A stretch of 64,000 nucleotides of DNA from positions 66,722 to 130,721 of the forward strand of contig JBILFF010000001.1 of the NCBI GenBank assembly GCA_044351695.1. Reading direction: 5' to 3'. The DNA is from Bdellovibrionota bacterium (GTDB lineage Bacteria; Bdellovibrionota; UBA2394). Under the pieces are notes generated by a model. That model was not told the origin of the DNA and made no database searches. It saw nothing but the letters and a program-made list of their open reading frames with translations. Positions 42,467 through 52,389 of the stretch are shown in pieces; position 1 is the stretch's first letter, and each line of letters begins with the position of its first letter. The position numbers and the translations under genes were made by a program.

Positions 42467-43636
42467 TTATTGAACCTGTGCCGCCTTTGAAGGTCCTGCC
42501 GAAGCCGGAACCCTGCGCTTAACTCTCGAAGTCTCAACAAACGGTGCCAGAACCATTCGGGCTTCCCGTTGCCGTCCTCCGCTATCAACTAAACATATGA
42601 TTCCGTCAGGTGATGGATCTAAGTCAAGCGAAGCGAGTATCAAACCCACGCCCATACCCTTCTTTAAAACGGGCGAATAAGAGCCGCTAGTGAGCGCGCC
42701 TATTTCTTTGCCGCGAACCCAAATTCGTTCTCCTGCGCGCATGGGTTTTGGGCTGTCAGCCAGCAAACAAATGGGGCGCCAGCGAGCCGGGCCTTGAGCA
42801 GCATTTTTGCCCAAAAAATCTGACTTCGCGCTTACCGCAAAATGCGCCAGAGTTTCGCCAGGATGAAGCTCATCCGAAAGCTCGTGGCCATAAAGCGGAA
42901 AGCAAACCTCAAGGCGCAAAGTATCTCGCGCACCCAAACCAATCGGCACCACTCCTTGCGAAAAAAGCCATTCCCAAAGTTCAAGAGCCTTTGAGGGGGG
43001 CAAAAAGATCTCCAGCCCGTCTTCACCTGTGTAGCCTGTATGGCTTAAAATCGCTTCTTCATGCTTTTTAAAGGCATAGTAGCGTAGCGATTGGAGGCTT
43101 CCGTATCGACGCTCCAAAATCTCAAGTGCTGTGGGCCCCTGAACGGCAATCAAAGCCCATCGATCACTTTCATCGACCAATTGAACGCTAAAGCCCTTGG
43201 CCTGCTGAGAGAGGTGTAAAAAGTCCTTTTGAATATTGGCGGCATTTACCACCATGAAGAACTCTTTATCGCTTAAGCGATAAACAATCACATCATCCAC
43301 AATGCCGCCGTGTTCGTGAAGAAGTAGGCAGTATTGGGCTCGGCCAGGCTCCATTGAGTCCACCGGCCTCGTGCAGACGCGATTCAGAAACTTACTTGCC
43401 CCATCGCCATGAATGCGAAACTCGCCCATGTGGGACACATCAAACATGCCCGCCGATTCGCGGACTTTCAGGTGTTCATTCTTCATGCCGCCCGATACGG
43501 GGTCGTAAGAAATCGGCATATCAAAGCCGGCAAACTCAGCCATCCGAGCGCCTGAGCGCAAATGCCATTCATGCAAAACGGTTTTTTTAAGCACCACCAC
43601 CTTTTTAGGGCTTCGAAAGCTTAGCGTCAACAGCAT
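42467..43636 (-). CDS. gcvT: Glycine cleavage system aminomethyltransferase T
   Basis: …LKKTVLHEWHLRSGARMAEFAGFDMPISY… N-terminus and fold-specific motifs. Confidence 0.9.
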   Translation of the reverse strand: MLLTLSFRSPKKVVVLKKTVLHEWHLRSGARMAEFAGFDMPISYDPVSGGMKNEHLKVRESAGMFDVSHMGEFRIHGDGASKFLNRVCTRPVDSMEPGRAQYCLLLHEHGGIVDDVIVYRLSDKEFFMVVNAANIQKDFLHLSQQAKGFSVQLVDESDRWALIAVQGPTALEILERRYGSLQSLRYYAFKKHEEAILSHTGYTGEDGLEIFLPPSKALELWEWLFSQGVVPIGLGARDTLRLEVCFPLYGHELSDELHPGETLAHFAVSAKSDFLGKNAAQGPARWRPICLLADSPKPMRAGERIWVRGKEIGALTSGSYSPVLKKGMGVGLILASLDLDPSPDGIICLVDSGGRQREARMVLAPFVETSRVKRRVPASAGPSKAAQVQ

Positions 43637-43730
43637 CCCCAGGGATTGGTGAAGCCAAAGATTGGCAGCCTATGCGCTTGCAAAGTAAAGTGGAAACCAG
43701 ATTAAAAGAGGGTTTAAGGAGACAATCGTC

Positions 43731-44846
43731 ATGGGCGTTCCAATTTCGCAAATGTACACAGTGGCCTCTTACGTTCTGAAGCAAAAAATTTCGGGGCGAA
43801 AACGATACCCGTTGGTTTTAATGCTCGAGCCCTTGTTTCGCTGCAACTTATCTTGTGCTGGCTGCGGAAAGATTCAGTACCCTGAACATATTCTGAAAAA
43901 GCGCTTATCGCCGGAGGAGTGTTTTAGGGCGGCCGACGAGTGCGGTGCTCCGATTGTGAGCATTCCGGGTGGTGAGCCCCTCCTTCACCCCGAGATCAAA
44001 GAGATCGTCGAGGGTTTGGTCGCTCGTAAAAAATATATTTATCTTTGCACCAATGCGATTTTGCTGAAGTCGAAAATCGATCTCTTTAAGCCGACCAAAT
44101 ATCTGAGTTTTTCTGTTCATATGGATGGTCTCAAGCACGAGCATGATGAGGCGGTTTGTCGCGAGGGGGTTTACGACAAGGCGATTGAGGGCATCAAAGA
44201 AGCCCTCTCCAGAGGCTTTCGAGTCACCACCAACACCACGTTGTTTGATGGGGCCAAATCAGAGCGCGTGCGCGAGTTTTTTGATGAGATGATGCGCCTC
44301 GGTGTTGAGGGAATGATGGTTTCACCGGGCTATAGTTATCCAAAGGCTCCCGACCAAGATAACTTTTTAGAGCGCAAAAAAACCTATGAGCTTTTTAGGA
44401 AAATTCTTTTCAAGGCAAAGCGCAGCTGGAGGTTTAATCAGTCACCGCTGTTCCTCGAGTATTTGGCGGGCTCAAGACATTTTGAGTGTACTCCTTGGGG
44501 GAATCCGACCTTCAATGTGTTTGGCTGGCAAAAGCCCTGCTACCTTTTGCAAGAGGGGTACGCCAAAGGATTTCAAGAAATGATGGATACGACGGATTGG
44601 GATCAGTACGGCCAAAAAAGCGGAAACCCCTCTTGTGCCAATTGCATGGTTCACTGCGGCCACGAGCCGACGGCGGTCGACTACACTTTTGGATCGTGGA
44701 GAGGGTTTTTTGATACCGTTCGCGCGACACTATCGGGACTTCAGATCAAATCACCGCATTCTAAGGAGATGCCTATTCTTCCGAAGCGCGCACATTTTGA
44801 AAAAAACAAATCGATGATTGAAGAAAAGAGAGTCGCCAATGGCTGA
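43731..44846 (+). CDS. HpnH-like radical SAM protein (adenosylhopane-synthase family homolog)
   Basis: CNLSCAGC radical-SAM cluster within …RYPLVLMLEPLFRCNLSCAGCGKIQYP…, plus …CTPWGNPTFNVFGWQKPCYLL… and …CANCMVHCGHE…. From memory these closely match HpnH (TIGR03470-type). Confidence 0.7.
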   Translation: MGVPISQMYTVASYVLKQKISGRKRYPLVLMLEPLFRCNLSCAGCGKIQYPEHILKKRLSPEECFRAADECGAPIVSIPGGEPLLHPEIKEIVEGLVARKKYIYLCTNAILLKSKIDLFKPTKYLSFSVHMDGLKHEHDEAVCREGVYDKAIEGIKEALSRGFRVTTNTTLFDGAKSERVREFFDEMMRLGVEGMMVSPGYSYPKAPDQDNFLERKKTYELFRKILFKAKRSWRFNQSPLFLEYLAGSRHFECTPWGNPTFNVFGWQKPCYLLQEGYAKGFQEMMDTTDWDQYGQKSGNPSCANCMVHCGHEPTAVDYTFGSWRGFFDTVRATLSGLQIKSPHSKEMPILPKRAHFEKNKSMIEEKRVANG

Positions 44847-45177
44847 GCAACAGCAAAAGTTTAAGCAGGGTGTAGAGATTCGTCCTACAGACAAAGATTT
44901 TGAAGAGGGAATGCGGGCGGCCGTTGACTATCGTGGAGATGTCAGCGTGACCCTCAAAGACGGAAGTGTGGTCGAGGGCTTTTTGTTTAATTTCTTCAAT
45001 CGCGTGATGGATTTGTTTCCTAAAAACTCACCCCAGAAGCTAAGCGTTTCAATGGATGATGTGACGAGCATTGTTTTTTCGGGCAAGGATGAGGCTCTGG
45101 GGAAGAGCTGGGAAGATTATATGAAAAAGCGTGCTCAAGCGGCACGCTCCCACGGCTCTTCGAATTTGATCCACTGA
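44818..45177 (+). CDS. Hypothetical protein, 119 aa
   Basis: ORF overlapping the 3' end of the radical-SAM gene by 29 nt. No motif recognised. Confidence 0.35.
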   Translation: MKKRESPMAEQQQKFKQGVEIRPTDKDFEEGMRAAVDYRGDVSVTLKDGSVVEGFLFNFFNRVMDLFPKNSPQKLSVSMDDVTSIVFSGKDEALGKSWEDYMKKRAQAARSHGSSNLIH

Positions 45178-45232
45178 TCTTTGGCTCTCATCGTTGGCTC
45201 TTTACCAAAGCGTAAAAAACGAGCTCAAAAAA

Positions 45233-45306
45233 CGAGCCCAGAGGGATTCGAACCCCCGACCCACAGATTAGAAATCTGTTGCTCTATCCGGCTGAGCTAT
45301 GGGCTC
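45233..45306 (-). tRNA. tRNA-Arg(TCT)
   Basis: Cloverleaf: acceptor GAGCCCA/TGGGCTC, anticodon loop TT-TCT-AA, T-loop TTCGAAT. No encoded CCA. Confidence 0.85.
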
Positions 45307-45424
45307 TCGATTAAACCAAGGTCACCAGAGCGCGAGGGCGCCGGCAAGTGAGTTTTCTTGAAAATATTCTCAGCTTCAAAGGCCCAGGAGTTGCTAAAGA
45401 TTCGGGCATTTAGGAAGGTGGCTC

Positions 45425-46600
45425 ATGCTCCATGATCAGCCGCAAATCGGAATTTTGGGCGCGGGCCAGTTATCACGCTATTTGGCTGAGGCCGCAACTC
45501 GTTATGGCTATGAAGTGCGCGTGCTTTGTCAGAGCCTCGAAGAGCCGGCCGCACAGCTCAGCGTAGCCCGAAGTGTTGATCGACAGACTGAAGAGTCCCG
45601 AGATTTTTTTTTGTCGGGTCTTAAGCTTGTGTTGTTCGAAAACGAGTTCATAAACGGAGATCGATTTCGTGCGTCGAGATTTCAACCCGAAGCCTTTCCC
45701 TCCTGGGAGAGTGTTTCGGCGCTTTCGTGGAAGAACAATCAAAAAAAACTTTTAGACCGATTAAAAATTCCCACCGCGCGCTGGCTGGAAATGAATGATG
45801 CGGATCCCGAAGACTGGCTCGTGCTGGTCTTGCAAGAGTTTTCGGGTCGGGCCGTGATCAAGTGGGGTCGCTTGGGCTACGATGGATACGGAAATTTTGT
45901 AATTCAAGATGTCTCTCAGTTGGCGGCGGCAAAAGAATTTATTTTGCGAGCGCGCGAGCTCTCGGTGCCCGTTTTTGCCGAGGAGTTCATCGATTTTGAA
46001 AAAGAGTTTTCGTTGGTCAGCTGCCGCTCGCGTGAGGGGACACTGAGTTTTTTTCCGGTGGTGCTGAGTGAGCAAAAATCGGCGGCTTGTTTTAAAGTTC
46101 TCGGACCCGCAAAAGAGTTTGGTTTTTCAGAAGCTCAAGAAGAGCGCGCCCGATCTTGGGCTCAGCAAATTTCAGAAAGTTCGGGGCTAATGGGTGTTTT
46201 TGCGGTCGAGCTGTTTTGGAGCGCCCGCCGCGGACTCTTGGTGAATGAGATTGCGCCTCGCGTTCACAACACTGGGCACTTCTCACTTTCTTCAGCGAAC
46301 CTGAGTCAATTTGATCTTCAGATTTTGAGTGCGATGAATCAGCCGCTGCCCGATCTTGAGACCCGAGCTTTTTTTGGAATGTTGAATTTACTGGGGCCGC
46401 GAGAGAAGCCGTCCTGCCCCCCGATCGAGGGACCACCTTTGGAGCAGACAGAGTTTTTTTGGTACGGCAAGAGAGACCTTAAGCCTGGCAGAAAAATGGG
46501 CCACATTAATTTTTGGGCAAAAACGAAGACAGAGCTTTTGGATCTTGAAGCGAAGCTAATGAAGTGGGAGAGAGAAGTATGGCAAAACTTCGGAAGATAA
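45425..46600 (+). CDS. purK: N5-carboxyaminoimidazole ribonucleotide synthase
   Basis: ATP-grasp. N-terminus …[17 protein letters not shown]… typical of PurK. Confidence 0.8.
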   Translation: MLHDQPQIGILGAGQLSRYLAEAATRYGYEVRVLCQSLEEPAAQLSVARSVDRQTEESRDFFLSGLKLVLFENEFINGDRFRASRFQPEAFPSWESVSALSWKNNQKKLLDRLKIPTARWLEMNDADPEDWLVLVLQEFSGRAVIKWGRLGYDGYGNFVIQDVSQLAAAKEFILRARELSVPVFAEEFIDFEKEFSLVSCRSREGTLSFFPVVLSEQKSAACFKVLGPAKEFGFSEAQEERARSWAQQISESSGLMGVFAVELFWSARRGLLVNEIAPRVHNTGHFSLSSANLSQFDLQILSAMNQPLPDLETRAFFGMLNLLGPREKPSCPPIEGPPLEQTEFFWYGKRDLKPGRKMGHINFWAKTKTELLDLEAKLMKWEREVWQNFGR

Positions 46601-47091
46601 GCCGAGACCGAATCAGTGCGCCGCGTGTCGCCATCATTATGGGAAGTGACTCCGATTGGCCGACGATGAAGTTGGCTAGCGAGACTCTAAAGGAATTTGG
46701 TGTAACCCATGAGAAGCGAGTGGTTTCGGCGCACCGAACCCCCCATGAAATGTTTGAATTTGCGCTTCAGGCTAGAGATCGTGGAATTGAAATCATTATT
46801 GCGGGAGCTGGCGGAGCTGCTCACTTGCCGGGAATGGTGGCGTCCATGACAAGTCTTCCTGTGATTGGGGTCCCCATTGAAACCAAAGCCCTCAAGGGGC
46901 TCGACTCACTTCTTTCTATCGCTCAAATGCCAGCGGGAGTTCCTGTTTCGTGTATGGCCATTGGCGGGGCCGTGAATGCGGCTTTGCAGGCCGTCAAGAT
47001 TCTATCAATTAATGATGTGCGGCTGGCGCAGCGGCTGGATGCGCATCGAGCAAATCTTCGATCGAAGGTTCGCAAGATGAAGTTACGTTAG
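46564..47091 (+). CDS. purE: N5-carboxyaminoimidazole ribonucleotide mutase
   Basis: …[15 protein letters not shown]… and …[17 protein letters not shown]…[10 protein letters not shown]… motifs. Confidence 0.9.
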   Translation: MGERSMAKLRKISRDRISAPRVAIIMGSDSDWPTMKLASETLKEFGVTHEKRVVSAHRTPHEMFEFALQARDRGIEIIIAGAGGAAHLPGMVASMTSLPVIGVPIETKALKGLDSLLSIAQMPAGVPVSCMAIGGAVNAALQAVKILSINDVRLAQRLDAHRANLRSKVRKMKLR

Positions 47092-47121
47092 AGCGCCATC
47101 GTGGCAGCGGCGCTCCCAGAT

Positions 47122-48135
47122 CTAGCGCGACTCTGATCGAATATAATCGAGCTGTTCGGCCGCCCCGATTTTTGCGGCATCATCGATGAGCTGCTTAAGT
47201 GGCCCGTAGTGACTGTTTAGATCTCGCTCCATATCTAAAAGCTTGGTGACTACGATGCGTTTACGAATTTCTTCTTTGGCTTTTGGACGAATATCAACAA
47301 AACACATGAGGCTGTTAAGGCCCGACAGGAGGCCGATCACATCAGTAATGATTCCTCCCCAGCGCTGCAGCTCCTTGCCCTCATTGGTGCTGGCTCCAAA
47401 AGTTTTTGAGCCATTAATAATTTTTCCGAGTGCAGCCCAGCGGGTACCAACCACATAGGCGCTATTGGGTTGGCGCGGCAGGAGATTTCCCATCAAGGCC
47501 CATGCCATATCGTATTTAAAGCGGAGACCAATTTCTTCGGTAGGAACTTGGCTGAGGGCTTTATAAAAATTATCCATGGATGGATCGTTGCAGAGGTGCG
47601 CTGCAAAAAATCGCGAGAACTCACGAAGCCCAAAAGCCACATCGAGTCGGTTTAGTTTAGTAAAAAAGCCCGACTTCGATTCAATGATCTTGAAATCCAC
47701 AGACGCGGGAGTCCTCTCAAGGTAGTGTTTGACACCATAAAAATTCAAAGTTTGATACAGAGCCTCCATCGCCATTAAAAAAGAGGCGCCCTGCCGCGAG
47801 CTGCTGCTCGGAAAAAATCCCGGGCCCGGATCAAAAGAGGGAACAGCGGGTCGGTTAACAGGGTCTTCTCCAAACAAGTCATCAAGATCTGTGCCCGGAG
47901 GAGGATCGAGCGGAATTTTTTGTGCGTCTTCGCGTGCGGCTGAGCCCGCGAGGAGTCTCTCTCTTGCTGAGACGTAGTTTGCAAAGCTCGATAAAATCAA
48001 ATCAAGTTCGCCCCGCTCAAACGAATCTTCGCGAATGAGATCCTCTGCGTGGATATCTCGAACCTGTGCTTGAAAACCCACCAAACCAATGATGCTCGAA
48101 AGCAAGAGCGACCAAAAAGATCGACGTCCCTTCAT
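47122..48135 (-). CDS. Hypothetical secreted protein, 337 aa
   Basis: Signal peptide (MKGRRSFWSLLLSSIIGLVGFQA). No recognised domain. Confidence 0.45.
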   Translation of the reverse strand: MKGRRSFWSLLLSSIIGLVGFQAQVRDIHAEDLIREDSFERGELDLILSSFANYVSARERLLAGSAAREDAQKIPLDPPPGTDLDDLFGEDPVNRPAVPSFDPGPGFFPSSSSRQGASFLMAMEALYQTLNFYGVKHYLERTPASVDFKIIESKSGFFTKLNRLDVAFGLREFSRFFAAHLCNDPSMDNFYKALSQVPTEEIGLRFKYDMAWALMGNLLPRQPNSAYVVGTRWAALGKIINGSKTFGASTNEGKELQRWGGIITDVIGLLSGLNSLMCFVDIRPKAKEEIRKRIVVTKLLDMERDLNSHYGPLKQLIDDAAKIGAAEQLDYIRSESR

Positions 48136-48209
48136 AGAATATTCTCCCCCTCAGCCAATGTACGTGACGCGTTGCCGAGCGAGCAAGGTCTATGACGTGA
48201 TGCGACGCC

Positions 48210-48692
48210 CTAGCGCTTTGCGCTAAGCCTGCTTTTAAATTTCTTTTTTGGTTTGCTTGGATTCGTTGCTTTCATTTTGACTTGATAGTCAGTCGTTAAG
48301 GGGCTGATTCTTTGTAGCGGGGCGCGAGTGCTTTGACTTTGGAGTTCGTCGGTGAGCCGGCCCTCCATCATCTTGAGCGAAAGATCGCCCGCATGAGCCT
48401 CTTTTTTCACAGAACAACTAGAGAGCGCTTTTGCAGTGTAGATCACTTGTTGAGAGGGGGATTGAAGGGCGATAGAAATTTCGGTGTTGTCTCTGGTTAG
48501 ACAAAGCAGCTCAAGATTGATGGAGTGTGAGCTTTCAAAATAAAAGACACTCTTAATTTTGACTGGAATTTTTGCGCCTTGCAGGGGTGCGGTGAAAACA
48601 GAGGCGACGAAGCAAACAAAACCCACCACGAAGCTTGCCCAGAAGGCCTGACTCGAATTTTCGTTGCAGCTGAAAACTTGACTCATAGGCAA
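48210..48692 (-). CDS. Hypothetical membrane-anchored protein, 160 aa
   Basis: N-terminal TM. No recognised domain. Tandem with the downstream secreted hypothetical. Confidence 0.4.
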   Translation of the reverse strand: MPMSQVFSCNENSSQAFWASFVVGFVCFVASVFTAPLQGAKIPVKIKSVFYFESSHSINLELLCLTRDNTEISIALQSPSQQVIYTAKALSSCSVKKEAHAGDLSLKMMEGRLTDELQSQSTRAPLQRISPLTTDYQVKMKATNPSKPKKKFKSRLSAKR

Positions 48693-49065
48693 CGAGCTGT
48701 AGCAGAAGGCCTTGTTCTTGAGAGCCCCCCAGCGCCCCGGGCTCGCAAGCGCCTAATACAACTCGACTTTTTTGATGACAAAAATAACAGCTGTCGCCCC
48801 GTTTACAGCGACGCAACGCCGTGGTAGTTTTCGGTTGCCGAATCTTTTGCCGGCGAGGCTACCGAGCCTCCCGCCCTGGTGGAATCAGGCAGCAAGATGA
48901 GGTTTTTAGATTAAGAGTAACAAGGTATTTGGGACGAGTAGAGTAAGTAGGATCTCAGGGGAAATTTAGTTTTTTGTGAGAGTTTCTTTGGGCCAGAAAT
49001 CGGGGCTGGCGACAGAGAGAAGAGCAGAACGAGTAAGTTTCTTTTGTTCCTTGGGGGTATGAGTA

Positions 49066-49707
49066 ATGAGCATTCAACGAAGCGCGCTTCGCACTTCTTT
49101 AACCAATAAGACTAATTCTTCAAAATCGGCGGTACGCTCGATTAAGCCTAAGGCAGGTAAGCCCATGGCATCGAAGGCTGTGGTAAAAAAGCCTGCTTCC
49201 TCAGCGGAGCAGACAACAGCTTCTTCATTCAATGAGGGCCAGAAAGTAGTTTATCCAGGCCACGGCGTTGGTCAAATCCAGGCGATTGAGACCAAAGAGA
49301 TCTCGGGCGTTCAGATTTCTTTTTATATGATTCGCGTTCTTGAGAATGACATCACGGTGATGGTTCCTGTGAATAAAGTTCAAAGCGTGGGCGTCCGCGC
49401 CATCAGCAGCGAAAAAGAGGTGAAGAAAGTCTACGAGATGCTGAAAGACAAAAAAATTGTTGTTGAGCAGACCACCTGGAACCGGCGCTACCGAGAATAT
49501 ATGGAAAAGATTAAATCGGGGTCGATTTTTGAGATCACTGAGGTTCTGCGGGATTTGTGCGTTCTGCGCGCAGAGAAGGTTCTTTCTTTTGGTGAGCGAA
49601 AAATGCTCGAGCTGGCAAAGACTCATTTGATCAAAGAGCTGGCGATTGCCGAAGATACCGATGAGCCGACCGTTGAGGCTCAAATCGAAGAGCTTTTTGC
49701 AGCTTAA
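49066..49707 (+). CDS. carD: CarD/CdnL-family RNA-polymerase-binding transcription factor with a Lys/Ser-rich N-terminal extension. An internal start is possible
   Basis: …QKVVYPGHGVGQIQAIE… Tudor-like RNAP-interaction domain plus C-terminal helical domain. Confidence 0.8.
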   Translation: MSIQRSALRTSLTNKTNSSKSAVRSIKPKAGKPMASKAVVKKPASSAEQTTASSFNEGQKVVYPGHGVGQIQAIETKEISGVQISFYMIRVLENDITVMVPVNKVQSVGVRAISSEKEVKKVYEMLKDKKIVVEQTTWNRRYREYMEKIKSGSIFEITEVLRDLCVLRAEKVLSFGERKMLELAKTHLIKELAIAEDTDEPTVEAQIEELFAA

Positions 49708-49710
49708 GTT

Positions 49711-50421
49711 ATGTTCGAGCTTTCCGCAGTGCTGGTCGCGGCGGGGAGAAGCCGGCGATTCATTGAGAAGTCGGGAGATCGGGGCCTAGCCTCCAAAGTC
49801 TTTTTGGAGTGGAATGGTCAACCCGTTTTTTTGAAGAGCTTAGAGAATCTTTTGGCGTGGGTCGACGGGTCGGTGGCGCTTGTGCTTCAGAGAGAACATG
49901 AAGAATTTGCGCGTGCCTGGGTCGAAAAGCTTTCACAGAAGGAGCGAGTGATTTTTGCGAGGGGCGGCGATCGGCGCCAAGACTCGGTTCGAAGCGGGAT
50001 CGAGCTTCTGAGCCCATGCCGATTTGTGGCGATTCATGATGCGGCTCGCCCTGTTTTGTCGGCGCAGATGTTGCAAAGCTTAAAAGAGAAGCTTCAAAGC
50101 CATGAGGCAGTCGTGCCTGCGATTCGAGTGACAGAAACCCTCAAAGAAATCGATGCGCAGGGGCGCATTTTGCGAACGGTAGATCGTTCAAAGATTGTGC
50201 GTGTGCAAACACCTCAGGTGTTCAGATTCGATCTCATCCATAGCGTGCATCAACGATTGATGAACTCTCCCGTAGAGTTTACTGACGATGCTATGATGTG
50301 TGAGCATTTCGATATTCCTGTTCATATGACAGAGGGTTGTCTGACCAACGTGAAGATCACCACTCCAGAGGATCTTCCGCTGCTTGAAAAAGAGCTTTTG
50401 CGCGCGGGGACAGCGCGATGA
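49711..50421 (+). CDS. ispD: 2-C-methyl-D-erythritol 4-phosphate cytidylyltransferase
   Basis: VLVAAGRSRRF motif. IspD size. Confidence 0.85.
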   Translation: MFELSAVLVAAGRSRRFIEKSGDRGLASKVFLEWNGQPVFLKSLENLLAWVDGSVALVLQREHEEFARAWVEKLSQKERVIFARGGDRRQDSVRSGIELLSPCRFVAIHDAARPVLSAQMLQSLKEKLQSHEAVVPAIRVTETLKEIDAQGRILRTVDRSKIVRVQTPQVFRFDLIHSVHQRLMNSPVEFTDDAMMCEHFDIPVHMTEGCLTNVKITTPEDLPLLEKELLRAGTAR

Positions 50422-50906
50422 GTTTGGGTTTGCGCATAGGAATTGGTAGTGATGTGCATGGCTTTGAAGAGAATCGCCCCTTGATGATTGGCGGCATTGA
50501 AGTTCCGCACGCTAAGGGCTTGGCCGGCCATTCTGATGCCGACGTTCTTTTGCACGCGGTGGTCGATGCTCTTTTGGGAGCGGCGGGGCTTGGTGATATT
50601 GGCATGCACTTTCCTTCAAGCGACCCGCGTTGGAAAAACAAGCCCAGTTCAGAGTTTCTTTTGTGGACCTGTGAGCGGCTTCGTCAGGACGGTTTTAAGA
50701 TTCTTTCGGTGGACTCGGTCATTATTGCTCAAGAGCCGGTGATGAGACCTCATATTCCGCAAATGGAGGCCTCTCTGAGGGCTTTGATCCGAGATCCAGA
50801 GGCGCATATTCATGTGAAAGCAACGACCACAGATCATTTGGGTTTTGTGGGCCGTCGAGAGGGAATTGCTTGTCAGGCGGTGGCCCTTTTGTCGCGCGGA
50901 GCCTGA
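50418..50906 (+). CDS. ispF: 2-C-methyl-D-erythritol 2,4-cyclodiphosphate synthase
   Basis: …RIGIGSDVHGF… and …GHSDADVLLHA… zinc-binding motifs. Confidence 0.9.
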   Translation: MSLGLRIGIGSDVHGFEENRPLMIGGIEVPHAKGLAGHSDADVLLHAVVDALLGAAGLGDIGMHFPSSDPRWKNKPSSEFLLWTCERLRQDGFKILSVDSVIIAQEPVMRPHIPQMEASLRALIRDPEAHIHVKATTTDHLGFVGRREGIACQAVALLSRGA

Positions 50907-50943
50907 TTGATGATTGTCAATTGAAGCGCTAGGCTGCGCTTCT

Positions 50944-52389
50944 ATGTCTACTCTTGTTAGAACACGCTTTGCTCCGTCGCCGACGGGATTCATGCACTTA
51001 GGAAACGCCCGCACCGCCTTGTTTAGCTATCTTTACGCGAAACACAGGGGGGGGCGTTTTCTCTTAAGAATCGAGGATACCGATATGGAGCGACTCGTTG
51101 AGGGCGCTGAGGCGGCCATCTATCGAGATCTGAGGTGGCTGGGTATCGAATGGGATGAGGGCCCCGATGTGGGCGGTCCGGTAGGACCCTACCGCTGCTC
51201 TGAGCGCTCTCAGATTTACAGCGAGTATTTAAAGAAGCTGCAAAAAGTGACTCGAGTATATCGCTGCTTTGCGACTCCAGAGGAGCTCGAGCAAGATCGA
51301 AAACTTCAAATGGCCCAAGGGAAGCCCATCAAGTATTCGGGACGATACCGCAATCTCAGCGATGCAGAATCTCAAAAGCGTGCGGACGCCGGTGAGAAGT
51401 TTGTTTGGCGAATGTATGTCGATGAGAAGTCGGCGCCTATCCAGATTCAGGATCTGATACGCGATGATGTCACCATGGAGTCCGAAGTGATCGGAGATTT
51501 TGTTCTCTGTCGATCTAATGGAGTGCCGGTGTTTCTTTTTGCAAACGCGATCGATGACGCTTTGATGGAAATTACTCACGTGACCCGCGGAGAAGACCAT
51601 CTCTCAAACACCTTTCGACAGGTTTTGATTTTTAAAGCCTTGGGATTTCCTGAGCCAAAATATGCTCACTTGCCGATGATTGGAGATAGTGATGGCGGAA
51701 AGTTTTCGAAGCGAGCGGGTAGCCTCTCGATTGAAAATCTGAGAGACCAGGGTTATCTGAAAGAGGGAATCATCAATTATATGTGCTTGCTGGGTTGGTC
51801 GCCAGGCAACACAGAGGAGACGGGCGAAAAATTTACTAAAGAACAACTCATACAGTTGTTTGACTTGGAGCGGGTTCATAAGGGCCGAGCTCTTTTTGAT
51901 TTTAAGAAGCTAGACTTTTTGAACTCCCAACACCTTCAAGATAAAAGCCTAGAAGAATTGGCCCGGCTCAGGCCCGCCCCAAAACCAGACTGGGAGAGTA
52001 TTTGGCCGCAAGCCATTGCGCTTGTTAAACCTCAGGCCAATACCTTGCTCGATTTAGATCAAGTGGCGAAGTATTTAGAAAGCCCCGATTATTCAGCGTC
52101 GGAGATTGCAAAAGAAGTGTTGAGTCGGCCCAGCACAAAGCCGCTTTTAGAAAAGGCCCTCAGTGGTCTTCGAGCAGAGCTGAATCTGCCGATTGAGCAG
52201 GCGTTGCCTGAGAATATTAAAAAGCTGGGCAAGGAGCTTAATCTCAAGGGTAAGGATTTATACTTTCCTTTTCGAATTGCGCTGACGGGTTCCGAGTCTG
52301 GGCCTGAGCTGGTTCCGATGTCTAAGGTCTTAGGTCGAGATTCGGTTTTGGGTCGAATTGAGCAAGCGCTTCGATTTGCGAGTGAGTGA
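50944..52389 (+). CDS. gltX: Glutamyl-tRNA synthetase (start taken at MSTLVRTRF…)
   Basis: HIGH-type motif …RFAPSPTGFMHLGNART… and KMSKS-type motif KFSKR. Confidence 0.9.
   Translation: MSTLVRTRFAPSPTGFMHLGNARTALFSYLYAKHRGGRFLLRIEDTDMERLVEGAEAAIYRDLRWLGIEWDEGPDVGGPVGPYRCSERSQIYSEYLKKLQKVTRVYRCFATPEELEQDRKLQMAQGKPIKYSGRYRNLSDAESQKRADAGEKFVWRMYVDEKSAPIQIQDLIRDDVTMESEVIGDFVLCRSNGVPVFLFANAIDDALMEITHVTRGEDHLSNTFRQVLIFKALGFPEPKYAHLPMIGDSDGGKFSKRAGSLSIENLRDQGYLKEGIINYMCLLGWSPGNTEETGEKFTKEQLIQLFDLERVHKGRALFDFKKLDFLNSQHLQDKSLEELARLRPAPKPDWESIWPQAIALVKPQANTLLDLDQVAKYLESPDYSASEIAKEVLSRPSTKPLLEKALSGLRAELNLPIEQALPENIKKLGKELNLKGKDLYFPFRIALTGSESGPELVPMSKVLGRDSVLGRIEQALRFASE

Noticed and set aside
43637-43730. 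Possible glycine riboswitch upstream of the gcvT operon
   Set aside because: The 94-bp leader, read on the minus strand, lacks the conserved GGAGAG/CTCTGGAGAG and ACCGAAGG-type aptamer cores. It is also too short for a tandem glycine aptamer.
48693-49065. RNase P RNA or tmRNA in the long carD-upstream gap
   Set aside because: The P4/universal RNase P motif GGAAAGTCCGG is absent. No tRNA-like or tmRNA tag-reading-frame features are present. It is kept only as a low-interest possible sRNA.
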